Assembly: GCA_964016885.1 (NCBI GenBank)
Contig: OZ024745.1
Coordinates: 86,180,001 to 86,244,000 of the forward strand
Direction: 5' to 3'
DNA length: 64,000 nt
DNA from: Eledone cirrhosa
Taxonomy: Eukaryota
Shown: one piece after another, positions 38,101-51,290 of the stretch
How the letters are laid out: each line of letters opens with the position of its first letter
Position numbering within the stretch: the stretch's first letter is position 1
Notes under the pieces: generated by a model
Told to the model about the DNA's origin: nothing
The model's input: only the letters and a program-made list of their open reading frames with translations
The model's database searches: none
Translations under genes and position numbers: made by a program

Positions 38101-38924
38101 GTAAGTAGTTTAAAGGAAATATATTTTTTTAACTATAAAATCTTGTATGTATATATATATATATATGTATATTTATCATATTTTTGTTCCATATTTGTTG
38201 TCATTCTATAGCAGACAATAGATATAGTGTTGATTTTCCAGCTTGTGTGTCTGTCTAAAATTATGTGGAGTAAAACTTGTGATAAATAAATATTCTCGTC
38301 TAACCCATGCTAGCATGGAAACTGGACATTAAACAGTGATGATGATTTATGCACAGCAAAGTGTATATTAGATAAATCTAAGATAATTTATTGTAGGCAT
38401 AACTTCAGTTTAAAATTATTAACTTCGGTGTACAAACAAACAAATATAAATCCATTTTGTTGTTCTCTTTGTACACAAAAAATATAGAGATTGCCTTTAC
38501 ATATTTCACAGCTTACTGGCTGTGCATAAGAATGGAATAACAAAATGTATTTACATTTGTTTGTTTTCACACTGAGGAATAATTTTAAACTGCAGTTATG
38601 TTATATCTAGATGAAATTTGTCTTTGATTTTCTAATATATACTGTGTTGTGCATCGCTATTATATAATTATATCCACAATAAATGCATATTATACAAATT
38701 AGACCAGCCAGTTCAGTTTTGTTCTGTGTTTGATATAAATAGCAATTTGCTAAAAGTTATCTTTGTAGGATGAAGGGTAGAGGTATGTGTCATCTGATGA
38801 ACAGCTGATAAGCCGTGGAACATCTTTACTATATTTATGTCTATGAAGAGAATAACAAAATGTATTTACATTTGTTTACATGTTCAGTGAAGCTTATAAT
38901 TTAAAACTGTAGTTATACAAGAAC

Positions 38925-39075
38925 AGACACGGCTATGTGGTTAAAGAGTTCACTTCCCAGCCATGTTGTTCTGAGTTCAGTCATGTTGTGCAGTACCTTG
39001 AGCAAGTAAGTTCTACTGTAACCTTGGGTTGATCAATGCCTTTTAAGTTGAATTTGGTAGATGGAAACTACAGAC
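38925..39075 (+). mobile_element. Degenerate tRNA-derived CORE-type SINE
   Basis: A/B-box-like head and ccttgagcaagt CORE-like motif; related fragment at ~43105-43195. Confidence 0.55.
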
Positions 39076-40223
39076 ACTCATATCGAGGGTCATTCACTAG
39101 CATGGGTTATACAGGTTTTCCTATTTGAGGCAAGTCAGGTCAGGTTAGGTGACCGTATCTTGCTCATACGGAACTGCTTCTGGTCTGGTTTCTATGGCTG
39201 GACACCTACATGACCACTTTACAGTATGGGCTGGGTGCTTTTTGTCATAGCACCAAAATGACCACAGTGTGAACTGAAGACTTTGGTGGAGGAGGTAGGT
39301 ATAGGATGCATGTGAGGGGCAGTGTGTCAGGACATGGGTGTTAGGACGCGAGAGGTTTATGGGAAAGGGGATGGAGGTGAAGGTGGGGTACACTAGATGT
39401 ATGCTTCAGCCTGTGTTCATGGGAAAGTGGGTTTTGTGTGTGTATATATATGTGTGTGATTGTGTTTCTACTTGTCACATAACTTAGCTATTCAATATAA
39501 TAGGATCAATAAAACAAGTACCTGACTTGAAAAAATTAGTATTGGTGTTCCATATGATTGACTAAATCCAGCTGGTGCCCCAGCATGGTCATAGTCAAAT
39601 GATTGAAACCAGTTAAAGAATAAATTACCTACATTAAATTTATCTTAGTATATTTTGTATTTGTAATAAAATTTCCTAATTGTTCCTTAGTGTTGAATAA
39701 AGAAATATGTCCTGGTTCTTGTTATCTATGATTGTTTTACGTAGAATCTAAAATTTTAATTCTATTTTCAAGTTGAGCTTACACAGCTCCATATGCAAAT
39801 GAGGATAATCAGCCCATCTACACTGGCGAAAAAACTATATTTTTTCGCCTGTTTTAAGTTCCAGCAGAGAGCTGGAGAAGCACTGTCTTGATGATGGCCA
39901 GAGCCTGAAATGTACATAGACATTGCTTCTACTGGAATCCACTCAATCCTTTCAATATTCATAACCTAGCCAAGCTTTCCAAATATTTATTTATTAAACA
40001 TACCATATATCTTTAGATATACAAAATTCACATACTTGTATATATGCAACTATGTTGGGGCTAAAACTTTAATCTAAACTTATTTACATCTTGGCTTTGA
40101 AGTATGTTTTATAGTTCTTTTATCGGTTTTGGGTTGTAAATATTTAAATCCTGCTGAAATCTGCCTCAAAGTAAATGGTTTTCTAAATTTCTCAAACTCA
40201 ATAATCTTTCTCTATCATTGCAG

Positions 40224-40327
40224 TGGATTCTGACTTCATTGAAGGAGTCAAGAAAGTGATTGGTTTTGGAGACAACAAGAAAGAGTTTGTGGATCCATAT
40301 TTTATCTTTTCATTTGCTGGAAAAGAG
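40224..40327 (+). CDS. Ferlin coding exon (C2C)
   Basis: ttgcAG|TG...GAG|GTaaaa; 104 nt; (M)DSDFIEGVKKVIGFGDNKKEFVDPYFIFSFAGKE; phase joins the previous exon (A+TG). Confidence 0.94.
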
Positions 40328-40449
40328 GTAAAAGCAATATCTGAATATTATTTAGACATTAGTTTTATGTCTAGTTTTAATTTCTGTTTGCATAAATCCA
40401 TTTTCTTTTTGCTTATAAGAATTTTGTTACCATTTTCTGTGGTTATTAA

Positions 40450-40645
40450 TGCAGTGAATTGGCAGTATCGGTAGAGGGTCGGACGCCCTGCTTTGACGCA
40501 TAGAGTTACGGTCCTTGCCATTCTGAGTTCAAATCCCGCCGAGGTTAACTTTGCCTTTCATCCTTACGGGGTTGCTAAAATAAAGTACCAGTAATCTACT
40601 GGGTAATTGCTGGCCTTGTGCCAAAAAGTAGAAACAATTACTATT
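40450..40645 (+). mobile_element. tRNA-derived SINE
   Basis: A box tggcagtatcgg, B box gagttcaaatcc, conserved gcctttcatcc...gataaaataaagtacc-type body. Confidence 0.85.
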
Positions 40646-40944
40646 GTTAGACACTTTAAATCTGCTTTGAATTACACCATGAAAGCAGTTGATAAAATTA
40701 CTGGTTATACAATGTGAGCATAAAGTCTTTCCTTGATTATAAAATACCATATCTTGGATGCTATTTGAGATTTTACTTTTTCATTATTTTAATTTATAAA
40801 ATTCACGTATATTTTTCTGAACATGTTTTTACATTTTCTCTTCTACAAGAAGTAGTTGTAATTTTCAGTAACAAAATGGCATCTCTGAAACAAGAAGCTC
40901 AGTGTGTTTTGTGGTTTCAAAGGCTTTATGTTCAATCTATATTA

Positions 40945-41087
40945 TTTCTTCTTCGCCTTCTTCTTCGCCTTCGCCTTCTTCTTCGCCTTCTTCTTCTTCG
41001 CCTTCTTCTTCTTCGCCTTCTTCGCTTTCTTCTTCTTCGCTTTCTTCTTCTTCGCCTTCTTCGCTTTCTTCTTTGCCTTCTTCTTCA
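40945..41087. repeat. (CTT)n/(CTTCGC) trinucleotide-type repeat
   Basis: Read directly. Confidence 0.9.
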
Positions 41088-41609
41088 GAGGATTATGAGG
41101 GCAGAGTCCTCAAACACTCCTTCCAGTAAGTCCTGTCAGAAGCAATCATCTCCAACTGATCAGGCTGGATCCCCAAGTGTGACCAGCCAAACTCCTGAAT
41201 GTTATCCAACTATCTTACTTGGGGTCTACACCTGGATCTCCTGCTGGTTGATTTTTGCCCGTAAAATCTGTCCAGCGATTCTTTCCTGAGGCATTCTAAC
41301 CACATGCCCATAGTATCAGAGCTGTGATAGCTCATTTATACAACTACTGTTATAATGTTTCACCTCAGAAAAATAAGTGATCATACAGTTTTATATGATA
41401 GCTTTTGTATTGAGTCATCATCCTAACTTTAAAAGTGTATTAGCTTTAGTTGAATATAATTGTTTCATTACCTTTTCAGCAGAACCTTTCATGTTGAGAA
41501 TACAATCTCATAAATTAATACTTCATAAAGTTACAGAATCATGTGTGTTAGGAATTAGTGTGTAGAATTTTTTTTAAGAAAAAAGTTTTCCTGTTAAAAA
41601 TGATTGATA

Positions 41610-41836
41610 TTAAACATTTAGCATTTACATTTCTCTATTTACTATTGTATTTTCACGGTAAGCACTTTATATCAGATAATCATCTCACATAATATCGAAT
41701 CTACAAAATTTTGATATTATTCATTTTGGGAACAATATCTTAATATAAGCATGAGCAGCCAGTTATGGCCGGATTGAACAGAAAGAGGTGAGAGAATTCT
41801 GGCTGGATATGGCCAGTTTAAATGCTAAAGGGTTAA
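41610..41836. mobile_element. piggyBac-like MITE (degenerate left end)
   Basis: Right end aaatgctaaagggTTAA; homologous to 42698-42897. Confidence 0.65.
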
Positions 41837-41883
41837 ATAATAGATATGCAAGATGTTTAATTAGGTTTCTTGTGTTTTTGTAG

Positions 41884-41952
41884 ATACGTTCGAAAACAAT
41901 GTACTCCAATGATCACCCAGAATGGAATCAGGATATGTCTCTTGGTCTACAG
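41884..41952 (+). CDS. Ferlin coding exon (C2C)
   Basis: ttgtAG|...CAG|GTgagt; 69 nt; IRSKTMYSNDHPEWNQDMSLGLQ carries the C2 P-x-W-N motif. Confidence 0.93.
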
Positions 41953-42149
41953 GTGAGTTAAAATATGTTTTTCATTAAGTCAAACAACTGTCAATTTCCT
42001 TTTAAATATTTTTTTTCTTTTTGAGTAGTGAGAAAATTGTTCTCTCTCTCCCCAGACATTATATGTGGATAAGCATTCCCCTTTGTGTACTTTTATCAAC
42101 CTGTCTTCATAAGAAAAAGAAAAAAAAGAATTTTTTGTTCTTTCATCCT

Positions 42150-42365
42150 TTTCTTCTTCCTCCTCTTCTCATCCACCTCCGCTACTTCCTCTTCCTCGTC
42201 TTCCTTGTCTTCCTCATCTTCCTCGTCTTCCTTGTCTTCCTCATCTTCCTTGTCTTCCTCGTCTTCCTCGTCCTCCTCTACCATCGCCTCCTCTACCTCC
42301 TCTTCCTCCCCTTCCTCTTCCTCCTCTACCTCCTCTACTATCTCTTCGTCCTCTACCTCCTCATT
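42150..42365. repeat. (TCC/TCT)n pyrimidine trinucleotide repeat
   Basis: Read directly. Confidence 0.9.
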
Positions 42366-42548
42366 ATCTAACATCTATTTTCCTTGCTAGCAAGGGTTAG
42401 TTTTTAGTTTTTATGTTAATATAAATATTGACATATATTTAAATAGAAAAGTTTCATTCATATTATTAATTCCCTTTGGAAAGACTCCTATTTTTACTCT
42501 CAATAAGTTTGAGGTTTTTCTTCAACATAGAATGTTTTTTACTTTCAG

Positions 42549-42592
42549 TTTCCTTCCATGTGTGAGAGGATCAAATTTATCATCAAGGATTG
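42549..42592 (+). CDS. Ferlin coding exon (C2C)
   Basis: tttcAG|...TG|GTatgt; 44 nt; FPSMCERIKFIIKD(W) carries the ferlin FPSMCE motif. Confidence 0.94.
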
Positions 42593-42697
42593 GTATGTTT
42601 ATTTTATTTATATAATCCTTTTCTGTAATTTGAGTTTCTGTGTAATATTTTACACCTGCTTATTATAACATTTCTAGTTAAGTTGATGCTATATTAA

Positions 42698-42897
42698 CCC
42701 TTTAGCATTTATATTACTCTATATATACTATTGTATTTTTGTGTCACATAAATATAATATTGAATCTATGAGATTTTGACATTATTTATTTTGAGAACAA
42801 TACCTTAACATCAGTATGACTGGCTGGTTACAGCCAGTTTGAACAAAAAGACGTGAGAGAATTCTGGCCAGATATGCCTGGTTTAAATGCTAAAGGG
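42698..42897. mobile_element. piggyBac-like MITE
   Basis: TTAA-ccctttagcattta ... taaatgctaaaggg-TTAA: TIRs plus TTAA TSD. Confidence 0.8.
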
Positions 42898-45800
42898 TTA
42901 AAACTGTCAAACTTGTAATCACTCATTACTAGGATGTTAGCTTCAGTATGTTGCAGACTTTGTCCTTGCATAAACTGACTTTGCAGGGTTGTTTCTGGTA
43001 AAGAGGTTTCCTTCGTGATTACTTAATTCTAGGTTTGAACTCACTTTGACTCTTTAGAAGTTGTTTTTTTCTACCATAGCTTTCCATTCAAATCCATTTT
43101 GTAGTAACTTAGGCAAGTGTCATTTAGCATAGCTCTGGATTGACCCTAGTCTTGTCCATGAAATTGCGTAGATGGAAACTGAGCAGAAGCTTGCTTGTTG
43201 CACCATACTATTTCTTAGATAGTAGACTTGACCTGTAATCCAATTGACACCTGCCACCAACTGGGTATCTTTGAAAATGTTATAAGCTCTGAAATTTCTC
43301 CTCCAAAGCATAAACAAAATTAATTTTGTTGAGATAATCTCAAATGTAAAACTGTTTTTGTTACAATTAAGTACAAATACCTAAATTCCAAGATAAACTC
43401 AACAAATTCAAAATACAACTGTTTTGTTGAAGGCTACAACAATATGAATTGGATGGTAAATGTTAAAAATAGGATAACAATGATGTTGCAGTTTTTTTTA
43501 TCAGCCCTTATATATTTTGGGATAAAATCCCTTTATGAAAAGATTAATAGAAGAAACTAGATCTTTAGCTGCCATTTTTTGAAATTTTCATAAGATGGCA
43601 GCTTGACACAATCAACACTATCTTATCAAAATATAATTGTTATGGAAGACATTTCCTTCACAGAACATTTATACCATCAATATGCTGTTTTTTGTAAACT
43701 TCAAGCTATACTCATCATGGGAGGTATTAAACTCAGTATTGAAAGCTCATGTAACATTTCACAATCACAAACATGCTCACCCTACATTCAAGGTTTCAAT
43801 CCATGGCAACTATTTCCAATTAGATAGGCTATTTCATTGAGGGTGTACCAATGATAGCTTTGTTCTAAGTTGATAAGGAATCCCTTATCAACTCTATTTG
43901 TGGCTCCAACTTTTGTTACTCCTTATTGTATAGTATTACTCTATTACATCTTCCAGTTGATAGGCTGAGGCCATGCTGGGGCACTGCCATTGATATCACA
44001 GATCTCGAATTACACAAATTCCTTATATTATTTACATTTCCTAACAATATATAGAATATTTGTATAATATTGCTATCTGCCCTTGTTAATTGTACAAACG
44101 TTTTTTCACCTCTTTCTGGTAACTTTTACCTAAGTATGTATATTATTCCTGCTGACAGTAATAAAACAAAAATATCTTGATTATGTATTCTTTCTTATGC
44201 TCAATATCCAAAAGATTTCATTGTATAATGTTGTCTCAAAGACTGAGATGGAGCACAAGTGTATTAGAATTCATAGAATAATGAAAAAAACTCAATATAA
44301 GAATAGCTGTTAAAATAGCAAAATACTGTCAATGACAGCGTCTGGTAAAAATTACCTCAAAGGACAGAAATCAATGGCTAGAAGTGTATTGGCCCACAGA
44401 AGTGATAGGAAGATTTTATTTTATTTAGCAAACAAACCAAACTAGTAGCTTACAGAACATTTTAACATATGTACCATATACAACTATTTTCTTTAATTAA
44501 AACACTGATTATGTAGCTTTTAATAGTAACACTACAGTACTCTAAAGCAACCTTGTCAATAACTTAAACACTAAACAATTGTTACTGGACATCTTGCTCA
44601 ATATATAAAATGAAATTAGGTTTTCATGGACTATAAAACTTGGTTGATTTAAGCTGTATTGTTGAGATAATTGTGGGTTTTGTGATGTCATTTAGCAGTT
44701 TAGGAAATTTGTGTGTGCCATAATCGGTAGAGCGTCAGACACAGTGCCTTATGATGTCTAATTCTCCTTGTGTTCTGAGTTGAAATCTTATAGAGGCCAT
44801 CCCTTAGTTAAAATAAATATTTGTCAAGTATTAAGATTAACATTATTGATAATATTCGTCCCAATAAATGTGTAGCTTTGACTGTTTGAAATTAGTGTGA
44901 AATCTTTTGATTGTCAAATATGTTTATATTTGAGTTGATGTTTAAGATAGTTTGTTCTCTTCCATTTATTGTTGCTACTGAGTTATATTTATTTAGTGCA
45001 TTATTTTCTCCTCTCCAGTGTTGAGTAGTTGATATTAAAAATCTCCATATTTATTCTGACAAACCACATGTATATCCATTGTTGTCTGTTGATCTTTTAA
45101 TTGATACACCTGAAGAAAGGTTGGTGCAAAACTGTTTTTAATAGAAACCCCATTTATGGAACTGATGCATAACCTCTCTCCTTAGATAAAATTCACAAAA
45201 TCTATGTTTATCATGAAATCTATGAGTGTCATGAAATCTATTTTCATCTTGAAAGATGTAATGAATAAATGTTTCATGTTTTAATCTCAACTGTTAGTAT
45301 ATGCTTTTGACTTGATATATTTTACAATTATGAGCTCTTAAAAATTAAGCAACTATTAAATTCTTTTACTTTCTTTTTTATGAGATTTTGGAAATTAAAA
45401 ATAAAATGACTAGCGTGGGTAAACATAATTCAATTTCTTTATACATAGAGAAATAATAGAATATTACTAATGGGAATGGTTTTGTCATAGAAATTTGTAC
45501 TGAAATTATAATGGACAGAATTAGAAATATTAATTTCTCCAATTGATCTCAGCTAATATCCTAGCCTTCAAATATTATCTCATATCGTGAATATTAAAAT
45601 GTTTCTTTTCAGTCCAACAATTTCTTTTCTTGGTTTGCTTGGCAAACTTTAAGTACAGCAGGAAATAAATGTTGGCATTTTTTATTATTACTGATAAAGC
45701 TACACCTGAACTGAGACTAACAGAAGGAAAAAAAAAACTAAAACTCGTTGAATGTTTAAGAACACCTTCCTTTCTTTCTCCTATTTACCATTCTTGGAGG

Positions 45801-46187
45801 CTCTTGAAAGGGGTCATGAACGCTACCCTTTCTTCTCTGAATAATTATTTAAAAAAAAAAACAATTTCTTCTTTGTCATTTTCAGTTGAAAATATAAATC
45901 ATCTGTCTGTAATGATGCATTAATAGAGAAAGATTGAATATATCTTAGTTAATTCATTCAAACTATTCTTCATCTCTGAACAATAATCTGTTGTTCTAAT
46001 GCAGTGTGATATGGTTCCAGTTGAATAGAAGTTAATTTTGCTTTGTTTTCTCTTTGAAAATATTTAAGATTTAAGATTTTTTGATTAATTAATATAAAAC
46101 ATAACCTAAATTCATTCTCTATATTTCATCACTTGAACTGTTGATACGTTCTATTATTCTTTGAATTCTTTCTTTGCTATTTCTTAG

Positions 46188-46264
46188 GGACCGTGTATCT
46201 AATGATGATGTCATATCTTCTTCCTTTCTAAACACCAACGCTATTTCTGTCAATGGAGAGAACG
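46188..46264 (+). CDS. Ferlin C2C exon, alternative A (putative mutually exclusive)
   Basis: Polypyrimidine tract + ttcttAG|G GAC CGT...AAC G|GTttgt; 77 nt; DRVSNDDVISSSFLNTNAISVNGEN. Confidence 0.8.
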
Positions 46265-46816
46265 GTTTGTCTTTTCAAAGTTTTTGTTGGTCAATTTACA
46301 ACATCTTCCCCCTTTCCTCTTGATATCCTCCCCATCCAATATTTTTTTGCTATTTTTTTATGTTTACAAAAAATACAATTCAAAAGAATACAACTCAAAA
46401 GAATTCATTTCAAACTGCATACTGCTTTAAACCTTTCATCTGTGATTAATAATCATAGGGTTACTAATAGTGTTTTTAATATTTTTATTTTTATTTTCTA
46501 AATCATCCTTCTTACATGTCCATACTAAATTGGGCTCTCTGCCCATTTTAATTATTCTTCATTACCATTGAATCATATTCTTGTTCATATTTCAATTTTA
46601 ATATATTATTAATAAATATATTACTTACTGTTTTAAAACTTCATACTAAAACCTTTTTAATGTTTGAAAGTTTGAGTCTTGATTTCCTTTTGTTTCTGAA
46701 TAACACTTCCTGTCATATAAAATTCATTAGTCTTTCATTGTCAAGCAACCTGTTTTAACTTAAGCCACTACAATTGGAGTATGAATGTCTGTTAAACTAA
46801 AGGAACGGATAATTTA

Positions 46817-47000
46817 GAGGAGACTTCTGGTGTCCTTGGCCCTAGAACCATCTTCCTACTCACCACCATCGACACAGAGTTGACTACCCGCAGGTGGGCG
46901 CTGCCTTGCAAACTGGAATGGCTCTTCCAATGTGTTTCCCTCAACATCCTCCAGGGAAACGCCTTCTCTATTCTGTCCACTGGGTCTGCAGGGCGACCAG
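46817..47000 (+). mobile_element. CRE-clade (RLE-type) non-LTR retrotransposon 3' fragment
   Basis: Open frame ETSGVLGPRTIFLL...WLFQCVSLNILQGNAFSIL resembles the CRE C-terminal ETxG...QRLS.AIQRGNA motif (recalled). Confidence 0.6.
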
Positions 47001-47613
47001 TGCATTCCCCCGTCCCCCCATTTGCTTATAATAGTGAGAGATGTGGAGAGTGAGAGAGATGGCGACAGGGACTATACCAACATTGCTGAAGTATTTTGTA
47101 GAATTGGAGGTTAAGTGATTTTACGATAAATAAGTAGATTGTGCATATATGTAGCACAGGTCGCATTTAGTTTAACCATTATTTACTTTAAAAAAAACCA
47201 ACTAACAAACAGAATTTCTGTTGATTCCTGTAAGTCTGTTTTCGGTAATCAGTTATACCACTGAAAACATGGCTTCCTTCTGATAGAAATTTTGCAAGGC
47301 AGAACAAGACAGTTTTCAGGCTTCATAAGTAGGAGCTCCTTTCTAAAGTCAAGTGGGCTAAGAGATTGGTAAGGAGGTGGAGTATAGAATATACATTGAC
47401 CTCAGACCAATGTACTGGTTGATTGTCCCCCATCCACCTGTTATAGGCTTTGACTGGAAATCTTTTTTTTTTAATGTATTTTCTTAATCTGTTTTACTGT
47501 AGGTATCCTTTAATCAAGTCTTTTCTCATTTGGATATTGATCTTATGAAATGGTATTGTTCCAGCATTACCTCATAAGAACTAATTAATACTCTTCATTA
47601 TTTCCACAATCCT

Positions 47614-47800
47614 AGCGGTGGATTGGCAGTATCAGTAGAGGGTTGGATGCCATGCTTTGCAGCAAAGAGTTACAGCCCTTTATGGTCTGAGTTCAAATCC
47701 TGCCGAGGTTAACTTTGCCTTTCATCCTTCCGGGGTCGATAAAATAAAGTACCAGTAATACACTGGGATAATTGCTGGCCTTGTGCCAAAAGTAGAAACA
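47614..47800 (+). mobile_element. tRNA-derived SINE with 17-bp TSD
   Basis: TSD attatttccacaatcct at 47597-47613 and 47801-47817; A and B boxes present. Confidence 0.9.
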
Positions 47801-48539
47801 ATTATTTCCACAATCCTTTATTACCAATTCATCTATTACAAAATCCATTCACACTCATGAAATACAATACTTCTTTGTCTTGTACATTTTTCTTCATGCC
47901 TGCCTTTGATTTTCTGCACATTTCTGCTGCCCATCCTGCTACAAACTTGGCAAATATTCTGATATTTTAATTGTTTAATTATTTTAAAAGACATTTGTCA
48001 CTCATTTCTGTGTGCTATATATCTTAATGACTTTGGTGCCAAATATTTCCAGGATTTGGAAGGCTTTGCTTGCTGGGCACATTTATTTGGTCCAAATTCA
48101 AAAGATTTCATTTTATTTTTTTGTTTGTTTCTAATTATACTTCCTTTGTCCAGTTTACATCTGAAGATGGGTCATATATTTTAATGCCATATGTTAATTA
48201 CCAAATAATTATTTTCTTCTTTTTCTAACTTCACTGAAAATGTAAATAATATTGTGTTGTTGGGATATTTTGATATCAGAATTAAATGCATTTAAGGTAT
48301 AAAGGTATAAGATTTTAGACACACAAATGTTCTCTTTGAGTATTGGATTATATTTTAAAATCAAATAGTAATCTTAAGCATATAGCTGTTTCGTCATAAA
48401 TAAACTTTGATGATTTTAAAAAGGGTTTGAAATAAAACCAACCTCAATTTGGAAATATTTTAATGATCTTGTGTTTAAAAAGAAATTGTTCAACCTCTCC
48501 CTCTCTCTTATCCCCCCCCCCCCCTCTATTCAAGAACAG

Positions 48540-48591
48540 TTCTTGTCTGATGACCCTGTGGTAAACAGGTGAAACTCCAGAGTAACAGGAA
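48540..48591 (+). ncRNA. Minimal type-I hammerhead ribozyme motif (third family)
   Basis: ttcttgt-CTGATGA-c-cctgt-ggtaa-acagg-t-GAAA-ctc-ca-gag-TA-acaggaa; GUA triplet; C.U mismatch at the base of stem II. Confidence 0.7.
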
Positions 48592-48689
48592 TCACTATTT
48601 AGCCTTAATAAATACATTTTAAAACTCTACTTCAGTATTGAGTACCCTTTTCTCTCAGCCGTCAACCACATACGGATATATATATAGTT

Positions 48690-49430
48690 TAATAATTAGA
48701 GAACAAAATACAGAAAAACGAAGAGGCAGTACAAATGATATTAGTATTAGTTTCATGCTTGAGGGTGGGGGACGACGTTTCGGGCATAAGCTCTTTATCG
48801 GGAGAAAAGTGGGTAGGAAGAGAGTTCCGAGGGTGTATGGGGGAGTAGTGGAAAGACATTTTTAAACAGGGGTGTGGTTTAGAGAGTAAAGGAAATTTTA
48901 AAAAAATAAAAATAAACAAGTGGTGAAAGGGTGTGAGTCATGTAGGGGTGGAGAGGGAGGTGGGGGGTCCGAGCGTGGAGGGCTGAAGGTGGTGTCTGTG
49001 TGTGTGTGTGTAGGTGTACGTGTGTATATGAATGTGAGAGTTGGGTGTGGAGTCCGGAGGCCGAGTGTGTGTATGTGGGGATACGCACGTGTGTGTTTGT
49101 GTTTATATGTGGTGTGGATGTAGGTGGCGTGGTTCGAAAATAATGTGTTTGTTCGTGTGATTGTTCCTAAGGTATTTCCATGGAGTGTGAGACAAGATGC
49201 ATCGAATGCTAAAGGAATAGGGCTGGGGAGTTCTGTAGGGTGAAGATGGTGTGTTGCTCGACTGTAAGGTGGGTGGCGGGTGTCCCATGGCATTGGATCA
49301 GGCCACAGACTGTGAGGTGGTCGGCGGAATGTCCAGGGGAGCCAAAGTGGCGGGCGATGGGGGAACTCCTGCCCAGACGAATATCGCGGAGGTGCTCCGT
49401 GAACCGATCCGCCAGGCGCACTCTGTGCAG
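48690..49430 (-). mobile_element. Penelope-like element 3' fragment (different family)
   Basis: ORF 49209-49448 RLADRFTEHLRDIR...PIARHF...GHS...EQHTIFTL is a PLE GIY-YIG C-terminus. A decayed hammerhead (cgataaa-gagc-ttat-gccc-GAAAC-gtc) lies at ~48765-48806. Confidence 0.75.
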
Positions 49431-49821
49431 CGAAACACACACACTCACATATGTATGTATCTGACTAGGAGAAGATTAGATATTAATGCTTTAGGCAGGC
49501 AAGGAAGAGACTAGAGTAAAGATTAGGGTTTTCTCTGCCTACATTCAGTTGATGGTTGAGCCATGATGAAAAATAGCTCCATACTCAGATAGTTGTGGGA
49601 ATGATTTGTCAAATGAAAGTGTGAAGTTACATCTTTAAAGATTGTGTGTTGTTCTGAATATTATATATGTGATCACAAATGTGGTTACATAAAGGTTCAC
49701 ATTTTCTACAATATATGAGGTTGGTGGTGGTAGTTTAGCTTAAATAATTTTGACTATTGCTCGGTTACATAAACATTTTTTAGCAATAAAAACTAATTTT
49801 TGCTGAGGTTTTAGTAACTTT

Positions 49822-50015
49822 CAACTGATGTTGAAATATATATTTTCAGCATATCCATATATATATCTGGTCAAACTGATGTTGAAATATATATTTTCAG
49901 CATATTGATATATATCTGGTCAAACTGGTATGAATGTTTATTTTCAGCATATCCATATATATCTGGTCAAACTGGTGTCAAAATATATTTTCAGCATATC
50001 CATATATATCTGGTT
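49822..50015. repeat. ~45-50-bp tandem repeat, about 4 degenerate copies
   Basis: caaactgatgttgaaatatatattttcagcatatccatatatatctgg-like units. Confidence 0.75.
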
Positions 50016-50989
50016 AAATATTCAAAGACAATTTTTCTTTCAGATAATTATATTTTAGTCTTTTTGTTTTGTTTTTATTTCAGTTTTTACTAAATTTGAT
50101 ATATTTGTATATTTTTAATCTTCTTTCTCTTACTTCACTTATGTTTTCTTATGTTTTGAAATTTAAATATATAACAGGGAGAGTAAATGTGAAATGATAA
50201 GGATGATGATGTGTACGAGATCAGTTAAATATATGATGGATCAGTTATAGATGTGTAGTCGGCATTGTCTATCTGTTTGTCAATCTAGAGTAGCTGGATT
50301 TTAGTACACAGATGAGCTGAAAGTTTATATGTTGAGTCTTATGTCATTTATTTAATTTGGTAACTCAATCCATATATATTCTTTATCTTATACCATTCAA
50401 GTTCTCAGAATCACATAGGATAGTAACCCTTTAGTTACCAACCTGGTCACAAACCAGCTCTGGTTCTTTGCAATAAAATCACCCATTCTAACAACATAAT
50501 TTTATATTAAGTTAAGTTACTATCTTAGTAATGAAATAATAATTTTAGTAAACCCCTCAAAATTTTTCATTAATTAATTAAAACAGTGTGTAAGTTACTA
50601 TCTTAGTAATGAAATAATAATTTTAGTAAACCCCTCAAAATTCTTCATTAATTAATTAAAACAGTGTGTATTTCATTAGAAATATGGTAATGAAAGAGTT
50701 AACACTTTAGTTACCAACCCAGCCAAAACTAGCTCTGGTTCTATGAAATAAAACCACCCATTTTAAAGGTTTCCAATTTAAATTATAATCTTCCAACATA
50801 ATTTTATATAAGAACTTTACATTAAGTTACTATCTTAGCAATGAAATAATTAATAATTTTAGTAAATTCCTCAAAATGTTTAATTAATTCAATGAAATAG
50901 TGTATTTCATTAGAAATATGGTCATTAAAGAGTTAAGGAATATTTAGGAATTTTGACATGTATCTCTGTCAATATATATGAAGGATTCA

Positions 50990-51290
50990 CCCCGCCCCAC
51001 ACCCCCTACTCCATCCTCCCATTTCCGTCCACTGTGTTGGTGACACAACAAAAAGCACTCAGTCCACACTGTAAAGTGGTCGTGTAGGAGACACGGTAAA
51101 AAGACTCCTAGTCCACACTCTAAATGTGGTTAGTGTTAGGAAGGTCATCCAGCCGTAGAAAACCTGCCAGGGACAGTTCTGTACGAGCGAGTCACGGTCT
51201 CCCGACCAATCTCCTCTCAAGTGGAACAAAACCGTCCAACCCATGCTAGCGTGGAAGATGGATGTTAAACGATGATGATGATGACGACGA
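50990..51290 (+). mobile_element. RTE 3'-UTR fragment (diverged)
   Basis: Homologous to 62250-62610; (GAT)n tail. Confidence 0.75.

Noticed and set aside
40450-40545. tRNA gene suggested by A/B boxes (also at 47614, 52043, 52241)
   Set aside because: No convincing cloverleaf; the boxes are followed by a shared SINE body and tail, with TSDs in several copies.
40714-41289. ORFs with poly-L/R, poly-S or poly-F/A tracts
   Set aside because: Translations of a (CTT)n-type repeat inside a ferlin intron.
42021-42390. Acidic (E/D) and Ser-rich ORFs
   Set aside because: Trinucleotide repeat within the 41953-42548 intron; the flanking exons already join in frame.
50178-50254. Possible third alternative exon (acAG|GGAG after a pyrimidine tract)
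   Set aside because: The peptide shows no similarity to exons A/B and hits a TAG in the required frame.
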